A stretch of 64,000 bases of DNA from Clostridia bacterium (lineage in GTDB: Bacteria > Bacillota > Clostridia > Monoglobales > Monoglobaceae). How positions within the stretch are numbered: position 1 is the first letter of the stretch; every line of letters begins with the position of its first letter. Shown piece after piece: positions 57,748 to 64,000 of this stretch. The position numbers and the translations under genes were made by a program. The stretch covers positions 33,681-97,680 of the forward strand of contig JAZRIX010000020.1 in the NCBI GenBank assembly GCA_045645485.1, read 5' to 3'. Below the pieces are notes generated by a model. That model saw only the letters and a list, made by a program, of their open reading frames with translations. It searched no databases and was not told where the DNA came from.

Positions 57748-58502
57748 TGACTGTCGGTGCAGAAGAAAAAATGCTCATTGCAAGAGCTGAAGATACGGTG
57801 GAGCTTTGTGAAAAGCAAAACTGTATAAAATTTCTGGGATTTCTCACACCCACAGAGGCGGAGCTTGTAAGGCGAAACGTCAGAAAAAGCTCTGTTTCAA
57901 CAGTTTTCTTCGGTGGATATCCTGATGCGGAGCGTACCCTTTTTGTGGCACTTCCTGACTATCTGGAGGAGGACAGTGCGGAGGAGCTTGTGTCGGTTGT
58001 GGAGATTACGGGCAGAGAAATCGGTGAGCTGAAGCATCCTGATTTTCTCGGAAGCCTGCTGGGTCTCGGAATAAAGAGAGAGAAAATCGGCGATATCCTT
58101 GTTCTGGAAAACAGATGTCTGGTTTTTGCGGCAGAAAATATTGCGGAATATATTGCAGAAAACCTTTCAAAAGTCGGAAGAAAGGGTGTAAATTGCAAAT
58201 GCATCGAGCTGAACGCTGCAGAGATTCCGCCCAGAAAAACCGAACTGATTCACGGTACGGTTTCGGGTCTCAGGCTTGATGCTGTTGTGGCGGTTGCCAT
58301 TCATTCATCCAGATCTGTTGCGGTGGAAGCACTTTCTCAGGGAAGGGTTTTTGTGAACTGGATTCAGACAGAAAGCCCTTCATTCAAAATAAAGCCGGGA
58401 GATGTTTTTTCGGTAAGAGGCTACGGAAGATTCAGACTGACAGAGGAAGTGAATGAAACCCGAAAAGGAAGACTTGGTATTCGCATTGAGAAAATGATTT
58501 GA
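57747..58502 (+). CDS. ylmH: YlmH-like RNA-binding S4-domain protein
   Basis: 251 aa with a C-terminal S4 domain (LRLDAVVAVAIHSSRSVAVEALSQGRVFVNW). It lies between sepF and divIVA. Confidence 0.85.
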   Translation: MTVGAEEKMLIARAEDTVELCEKQNCIKFLGFLTPTEAELVRRNVRKSSVSTVFFGGYPDAERTLFVALPDYLEEDSAEELVSVVEITGREIGELKHPDFLGSLLGLGIKREKIGDILVLENRCLVFAAENIAEYIAENLSKVGRKGVNCKCIELNAAEIPPRKTELIHGTVSGLRLDAVVAVAIHSSRSVAVEALSQGRVFVNWIQTESPSFKIKPGDVFSVRGYGRFRLTEEVNETRKGRLGIRIEKMI

Positions 58503-58535
58503 AAAATTTGTTTATAATATGATGGAGGAAATATT

Positions 58536-59192
58536 ATGTTGACACCATTGGAAATTGAAAACCGAAAATTTAAAAAAGAGTTTCAGGGCTACAGCAAGGT
58601 GGAGGTTCAGGAATTTATCAGTGTGATTTCTGAAAACTATGAGCTTATTTACAAAGAAAACCTTGCAAACAAAGAAAAGATAACTATGCTCTCAAATGCC
58701 ATCAAGCAGTACAAGAGCATGGAAGAAACTCTGCAGAGCTCTATTGTTATTGCAAAGAGCACAAGTGATGAAATTATTCAGAACGCAAAAAGGAATGCGG
58801 ATAATATTATAAAGGAAGCAGAGAACAGAGCTTCTCAGCTCATTTCGGATGCGGGACGTGAGGTTACACGTGTCAGCTATGAGTATGAAGAAATGCGCAG
58901 AAGTGTTGAAGTTTTCAGAACAAAGATTATTTCTCTGCTTACTTCACAGCTTGATATTGTGAAGGAATTTGATTTACCCAAGGATGTTGAGACAAGGGCT
59001 GCCAAATACAGTGCAAATCCTCAGCATATTGAGCTGAAAACATCTCAAATGGATACAACTGCCGGTGTTATGTCAACTCTTGAAAAGCTGGAGCAGGTTA
59101 CTATGGAGCTTCCAAAGATTGATGTTAATGAAAAAGGCGAGTTTGTGGAGAGAAACACCAAGGACGAAGCTGACGGCAAAAAGAAGAAATAA
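58536..59192 (+). CDS. divIVA: DivIVA domain cell-division/polarity protein
   Basis: Starts MLTPLEIENRKFKKEFQGYSKVEVQEFI, the canonical DivIVA N-terminus, followed by a coiled-coil body. Confidence 0.93.
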   Translation: MLTPLEIENRKFKKEFQGYSKVEVQEFISVISENYELIYKENLANKEKITMLSNAIKQYKSMEETLQSSIVIAKSTSDEIIQNAKRNADNIIKEAENRASQLISDAGREVTRVSYEYEEMRRSVEVFRTKIISLLTSQLDIVKEFDLPKDVETRAAKYSANPQHIELKTSQMDTTAGVMSTLEKLEQVTMELPKIDVNEKGEFVERNTKDEADGKKKK

Positions 59193-59217
59193 TACATAAT
59201 ACTTGCGGGTGAGACAG

Positions 59218-59694
59218 ATGATTTATTTCGTTATTGGGGTGGTGCTTGCTGCCGTAGACTTGCTGACAAAAGTTTGTGCAAATTCACGTCTTCAGGAGAT
59301 TGGAACAATTCCGTTGATTGAAGGCGTGTTTCATCTCACTTATGTAGAGAACAGAGGTGCGGCATTCGGCATTCTCCAGAATCAAAGATGGTTTTTTGTG
59401 GTGATTGCTGTTGCTTTTGCGGCTGTTTTGGTATATGTTCTGCTGAAATTCAAAAACAGACCCGCACTTTTCAATCTCGGTCTTTGTTTTATGGCGGCAG
59501 GGGCACTGGGAAATACAATTGATAGAATCTGGCGGGGATTTGTAGTTGATTTTTTTGATTTCAGACTCATAAACTTCCCTGTTTTTAACGTTGCTGATAT
59601 TTGTGTGTGCGTTGGCGCAGGGTTATTGGCAATTTTTTTTGTTTTTATCGACAAAAAAGAGAAGGATTGTGAAGAAAATGCTGTTGAAAGTTGA
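59218..59694 (+). CDS. lspA: Lipoprotein signal peptidase (signal peptidase II)
   Basis: YVENRGAAFG, GALGNTIDR and FNVADICVCVG. The ATG at 59218 is preferred over the track start at 59203. Confidence 0.92.
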   Translation: MIYFVIGVVLAAVDLLTKVCANSRLQEIGTIPLIEGVFHLTYVENRGAAFGILQNQRWFFVVIAVAFAAVLVYVLLKFKNRPALFNLGLCFMAAGALGNTIDRIWRGFVVDFFDFRLINFPVFNVADICVCVGAGLLAIFFVFIDKKEKDCEENAVES

Positions 59695-60580
59695 TTTGGC
59701 AGGAAAGAGACTGGATGCGTATCTTGCAGAAAATATTGAGAGCCTTACACGTTCGAGAATTCAGAAGCTTGTTTCTGAAGGCTTTGTTGTGGTAAACGGC
59801 AAAGAGGTAAAGTCAAATTACAAGCTTCGGGAAGGCGATGAGATTACAATTGAAATTCCCGAAGCCAAGGAAACGGAAATAGTGGCAGAGGAGATTCCTC
59901 TGGACATTGTCTTTGAGGATGACTGTATGCTTGTGGTGAACAAGCCTCAGGGGATGGTTGTTCATCCTGCGGCGGGGAACTACAGCGGAACACTGGTGAA
60001 TGCACTGATGGCACATTGCGGAGACAGACTTTCGGGCATTAACGGTGAAATCCGACCCGGAATACTTCACAGAATAGACAAGGACACCAGCGGACTTCTT
60101 ATGGTAGCAAAAAATGATACGGCACATCTGGGTCTTTCGGAACAGATAAAGGAGCACAGCCTGACAAGAGAATATCTTGCTCTGGTTCACGGGAAAATAA
60201 AAGAAGACAGCGGTACTATTGATGCTCCTATCGGTCGTGATGAAAAAGACCGCAAAAAAATGACAATTACACAGAAAAACTCCAAAAATGCGGTTACGCA
60301 TTTTTTTGTATTGGAAAGATTTGATAAATATACATTTATACGTTGCAGTCTTGAAACAGGACGTACACATCAGATAAGGGTTCATATGTCCAAAAACGGT
60401 CATCCCATTGTGGGCGATCCTGTTTACGGTGTGAAAAAAGAAGAGTTCAGACTGAACGGGCAGCTGCTTCATGCACATACTGTTGGATTTGTGCATCCCA
60501 TATCGGGAGAATATATGGAGTTTTCCAGGGAGCTGCCTGAATATTTTTCAGAGGTTCTGGAAAAACTGAGGAGGAAGTAA
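59678..60580 (+). CDS. rluD: RluA-family 23S rRNA pseudouridine synthase (RluD-like)
   Basis: It has an N-terminal S4 domain (RLDAYLAENIESLTRSRIQKLVSEG) and the catalytic motif HRIDKDTSGLLMVAKN. The ATG at 59678 (or GTG at 59669) overlaps the lspA end. The track's 59591 start adds a hydrophobic out-of-context extension. Confidence 0.92.
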   Translation: MLLKVDLAGKRLDAYLAENIESLTRSRIQKLVSEGFVVVNGKEVKSNYKLREGDEITIEIPEAKETEIVAEEIPLDIVFEDDCMLVVNKPQGMVVHPAAGNYSGTLVNALMAHCGDRLSGINGEIRPGILHRIDKDTSGLLMVAKNDTAHLGLSEQIKEHSLTREYLALVHGKIKEDSGTIDAPIGRDEKDRKKMTITQKNSKNAVTHFFVLERFDKYTFIRCSLETGRTHQIRVHMSKNGHPIVGDPVYGVKKEEFRLNGQLLHAHTVGFVHPISGEYMEFSRELPEYFSEVLEKLRRK

Positions 60581-60582
60581 CT

Positions 60583-61278
60583 GTGGGTTTGCATGATAAA
60601 CACAGAATGAGACTTGACAAAAAGGTCTGTGAAAACGGTCTTGAAATGCTGGAGCCTCATGAACAGCTTGAATACATTCTTTTCACTGTTTTTGCAAGAG
60701 GTGATACAAATGCTCTTGCACACAGACTTCTGGACAGATTTATTTCTGTTGCCGGTGTTCTGAATGCGGATGTTGAAGAGCTTATGGAGGTTGATGGAGT
60801 AGGGCACAGAACCGCTATGTTTTTGACGTCTCTTCCTGACCTTTTGGGTATTGTGGAAAGAAGTCTGACTGTTGATGCTCCTCCGCAGCTTGATACACCA
60901 GAAAAGATTGAAAAGTTTGCACGTACATATTTTTACGGAAAGCTCACCGAGGCGGCTTATCTCATAAGCCTCAATTCTACATACAGAATACTTGCTGTTC
61001 ACAAAATTTCAGACGGTGCACAGCATGAGATATATGTTTATCCCTCAAGGGTTGTTAAAAGGGCAATCAGGGATAATGCAAGTGCAGTTATTGTGGTTCA
61101 CAATCACCCTTGCGGCAGTGTAAAACCGTCGGTGGATGATATTATGGTTTCAAGAAATCTTGCCAGAGCACTTGATGCTGTTGATATTGTTTTTGCAGAT
61201 AGTGTGATTATTTCAGAGGGAAAAATATTCAGTATTCAAAAAAGCGGTTATATAGATGTAACCTCACGGGAATACTGA
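60583..61278 (+). CDS. radC: RadC-like JAB/MPN domain protein
   Basis: 231 aa with an HhH-like segment (ELMEVDGVGHRTAMFL) and the JAMM-like motif VVHNHPCGSVKPSVDD. Confidence 0.88.
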   Translation: MGLHDKHRMRLDKKVCENGLEMLEPHEQLEYILFTVFARGDTNALAHRLLDRFISVAGVLNADVEELMEVDGVGHRTAMFLTSLPDLLGIVERSLTVDAPPQLDTPEKIEKFARTYFYGKLTEAAYLISLNSTYRILAVHKISDGAQHEIYVYPSRVVKRAIRDNASAVIVVHNHPCGSVKPSVDDIMVSRNLARALDAVDIVFADSVIISEGKIFSIQKSGYIDVTSREY

Positions 61279-61342
61279 CCGACAATCCGGAAAGACGGAA
61301 ATTTTCTGAAAGAAAAGTTTAAGAACTTTTTGAGGTTGTGTT

Positions 61343-63313
61343 ATGGAATTTAAAGTGGAATCCCCCTACAAGCCTTCAGGCGACCAGCCTCAGGCAATAG
61401 AGGCACTGGCAAAGGGCATTCTTGACGGGGATAAGTTTCAGACACTTATGGGTGTTACGGGGTCAGGAAAGACCTTTACCATGGCAAACATTATTGAAAA
61501 GGTGCAAAAGCCAACCCTTGTTCTTGCCCACAACAAAACTCTTGCGGCACAGCTTTGCAGTGAGTTCAAGGAGATATTCCCAAACAATGCGGTGGAATAC
61601 TTTGTTTCATACTATGACTACTATCAGCCTGAAGCGTATATTCCAAACTCCGACACTTACATTGAGAAGGATGCCCAGACCAATGAAGATATTGACAAGC
61701 TGCGTCACTCTGCGACAGCGGCTCTTTTTGAACGCCCCGATGTAATTATTGTTGCATCGGTTTCCTGTATTTACGGTCTTGGTGACCCTATTGACTACAA
61801 TAATATGGTAATTTCCCTTCGTACGGGGATGGAACGTGACCGTGACGAGGTTATTGAAAAGCTCATTGAAATCCAGTATGAGCGGAACGACATTAATTTT
61901 ACACGAAACAAATTCAGGGTACGTGGAGATGTAATTGACGTTTTCCCTTCCTATTCATCGGGTAATGCTATAAGAATAGAATTTTTCGGTGACGAGGTTG
62001 ACCGCATTGCGGAAATCAGTTCTGTTACAGGTGAGGTCATAAAGGTACTGAAGCACGTTGCGATTTACCCTGCTTCCCACTACGTTGCAAGCAAAGAAAA
62101 GCTTGAACGTGCAATCGGGCAGATTGAGGCGGAAATGGAAGCCAGAGTTGAGGAATTCAAGGCAAAGGAATGTCTTATTGAAGCTCAGCGTATAAAGGAA
62201 AGAACCAGATATGACATTGAAATGCTTCGTGAAACGGGGTTCTGTCAGGGCATTGAAAACTATTCACGGCACATAAGCGGCAGAGAACCGGGAAGCCCGC
62301 CTTTTACGTTGCTTGATTATCTACCCAAGGACTTTTTGCTGCTTGTAGACGAGTCACACGTTACCATTCCTCAGGTTCGGGCAATGTATGCAGGCGACCG
62401 TGCAAGAAAGAACAACCTTGTGGAATATGGTTTTCGACTGCCTTCGGCTTACGATAACAGGCCTCTTAATTTTGATGAATTTTATGACCATATAAATCAG
62501 GCGATTTTTGTCAGTGCAACGCCTGCAGATTTTGAAAAGGAGCGTTCAACCAGAATTGTTGAGCAGGTTATCCGTCCTACGGGACTCCTTGACCCCAAAA
62601 TCTCGGTACGTCCCATTGACGGCCAGATTGATGATCTGTACGGTGAAATCAAGACAAGAATTGAAAAAAATGAAAGAGTGCTTGTGACAACCCTTACCAA
62701 AAAAATGGCGGAACGGCTTACCGAATACTTTGAGGAAATGGATTTGAAGGTTCGTTACCTTCATTCTGAGGTGGAAACCATTGAGAGAATGGAAATCATC
62801 CGTGATTTGAGACTTGGAGTTTTTGATGTTCTGGTAGGTATAAATCTTTTGAGAGAAGGTCTTGACATTCCTGAGGTATCTCTTGTGGCAATTCTTGATG
62901 CGGACAAGGAAGGCTTTTTGAGAAGCGATACCTCACTTATTCAGACAATCGGACGTGCGGCAAGAAATGCCGAGGGTACGGTTATAATGTATGCAGACAC
63001 CGTTACGGGGTCAATGCAAAGAGCCATTTCAGAGACGGAACGCCGCCGTGAAATTCAGGCGGCATATAACGAAAAACACGGAATTATTCCAAGGACAATC
63101 CGAAAGGAAGTACACGAAATAATCGAGGCAACCGTTGCGGACAGCAAGGTTCCCAAACACGGAAGAAGAAATGCACAAGCGACATCAGCAAATGTAACGC
63201 AAAAGACCATTGCCGAGCTTACAACGGAAATGAAGAAGGCGGCAGAGCTGCTGCAATTCGAATTGGCTGCGAAGCTTCGAGACGAGATAAGAAATTTAGG
63301 TGGAGAAATATGA
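61343..63313 (+). CDS. uvrB: Excinuclease ABC subunit B
   Basis: 656 aa with [11 protein letters not shown], the Walker [15 protein letters not shown], and a C-terminal UVR domain. Confidence 0.98.
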   Translation: MEFKVESPYKPSGDQPQAIEALAKGILDGDKFQTLMGVTGSGKTFTMANIIEKVQKPTLVLAHNKTLAAQLCSEFKEIFPNNAVEYFVSYYDYYQPEAYIPNSDTYIEKDAQTNEDIDKLRHSATAALFERPDVIIVASVSCIYGLGDPIDYNNMVISLRTGMERDRDEVIEKLIEIQYERNDINFTRNKFRVRGDVIDVFPSYSSGNAIRIEFFGDEVDRIAEISSVTGEVIKVLKHVAIYPASHYVASKEKLERAIGQIEAEMEARVEEFKAKECLIEAQRIKERTRYDIEMLRETGFCQGIENYSRHISGREPGSPPFTLLDYLPKDFLLLVDESHVTIPQVRAMYAGDRARKNNLVEYGFRLPSAYDNRPLNFDEFYDHINQAIFVSATPADFEKERSTRIVEQVIRPTGLLDPKISVRPIDGQIDDLYGEIKTRIEKNERVLVTTLTKKMAERLTEYFEEMDLKVRYLHSEVETIERMEIIRDLRLGVFDVLVGINLLREGLDIPEVSLVAILDADKEGFLRSDTSLIQTIGRAARNAEGTVIMYADTVTGSMQRAISETERRREIQAAYNEKHGIIPRTIRKEVHEIIEATVADSKVPKHGRRNAQATSANVTQKTIAELTTEMKKAAELLQFELAAKLRDEIRNLGGEI

Positions 63314-64000
63314 TGGAGAACAAATACAGCAAATATATTCACGTCAAAGGTGCCAGAGAGAACAACCTCAAAGGCATTGACGTAAAAATTCCAAGAGACA
63401 AGATGGTTGTGCTTACGGGTCTTAGCGGTTCGGGGAAATCCTCTCTTGCTTTTCAGACAATTTATGCAGAGGGTCAGAGACGGTATGTGGAATCACTTTC
63501 GGCATATGCACGTCAGTTCCTCGGTCAGATGGAAAAGCCAAATGTGGATTCCATTGAAGGACTTTCTCCTGCTATATCCATTGACCAGAAGACAACCAGC
63601 AAGAATCCCCGTTCAACGGTTGGTACTGTTACAGAAGTCTATGACTATGTACGTCTTTTGTTTGCAAGAATAGGTGTTCCCCACTGTCCAAAGTGCGGAA
63701 AGGAAATCAAATCACAGAGCATCGACCAGATTGTAGATAGCGTGAAGGCACTGCCCGAAAAGACAAAGATGCAGATTCTTGCTCCCGTTGTAAGAGGAAG
63801 AAAAGGCGAGTATACCAAAATTTTTGAGAAGGCGGCAAAGGACGGCTTTGTGCGTGTCCGTGTTGACGGTGAGATTTTTGACCCGTCTGTCGATGAAATC
63901 AAGCTTGACAAGCAGAAAAAGCATAATATTGAAATTGTTGTTGACCGTCTTGTGGTGCGTGAGGGAATGGATAAGCGACTCACCGATTCCCTTGAAACAG
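63313..64000 (+). CDS. uvrA: Excinuclease ABC subunit A, N-terminal ~229 codons (runs off the right edge)
   Basis: Hand translation gives [72 protein letters not shown]...CPKCGKEI. An AGGTGGAG RBS lies at 63298-63305, and an in-frame ATG also exists at 63310. It is open-ended, so it is absent from the ORF track. Confidence 0.95.
   Translation, partial: MENKYSKYIHVKGARENNLKGIDVKIPRDKMVVLTGLSGSGKSSLAFQTIYAEGQRRYVESLSAYARQFLGQMEKPNVDSIEGLSPAISIDQKTTSKNPRSTVGTVTEVYDYVRLLFARIGVPHCPKCGKEIKSQSIDQIVDSVKALPEKTKMQILAPVVRGRKGEYTKIFEKAAKDGFVRVRVDGEIFDPSVDEIKLDKQKKHNIEIVVDRLVVREGMDKRLTDSLET

Overview
This is a core chromosomal window from a low-GC, endospore-forming Firmicute, probably Clostridia-like. 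Supporting genes are polC, spoVAC/AD/AE, sepF-ylmH-divIVA, a T-box leader and gatCAB. I called about 60 protein genes, one tmRNA and one T-box riboswitch. I found no rRNA, tRNA, CRISPR array, transposase, integrase or prophage genes. The window appears to span a replication origin: a 560-bp AT-rich gap (14493-15053) with DnaA boxes sits just upstream of dnaN-recF-remB-gyrB. Almost all genes to its left are on the minus strand (soj, MATE, tex, polC, ispG, rpiB, fruK, mntP, rsmG, ferredoxin). Genes to its right are on the plus strand until about 31.5 kb. dnaA and gyrA are both absent from their usual positions, and two perfect parS sites lie at 230-303 next to soj. The rest is housekeeping: thyA-folA, smpB-ssrA, GTP-PEPCK, proB, dus, aspS-gatCAB, tal/deoR/sugar kinase, malQ, spoVA, miaB-ymcA-mutS-mutL-miaA, ylmE-sepF-ylmH-divIVA-lspA-rluD-radC and uvrBA. 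There are five things worth a second look. (1) An 83-aa GIY-YIG nuclease gene lies between gyrB and thyA, bracketed by two ~110-bp near-identical direct repeats. These repeats are built from a short hairpin module that is also scattered over at least five other intergenic sites and shows compensatory base changes, giving a REPIN/RAYT-like layout with a different nuclease fold. (2) A glycan locus (21.5-28.3 kb) has a Wzt/TagH-like ABC ATPase with a C-terminal extension but no permease. It also has a fused methyltransferase-coiled coil-GT2-GT2 protein, a tandem GT2-GT2 paralog, and a histidine kinase with no adjacent response regulator. (3) The aspS-gatCAB T-box appears to carry an Asn (AAC) specifier. 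(4) The GatA homolog is short and lacks the GGSSGGS part of the amidase signature. (5) The origin lacks dnaA. Nothing here is an unambiguous novel multi-gene system, and the GIY-YIG/repeat association is my best candidate. All calls come from reading the sequence and ORF translations by eye; no searches were run.
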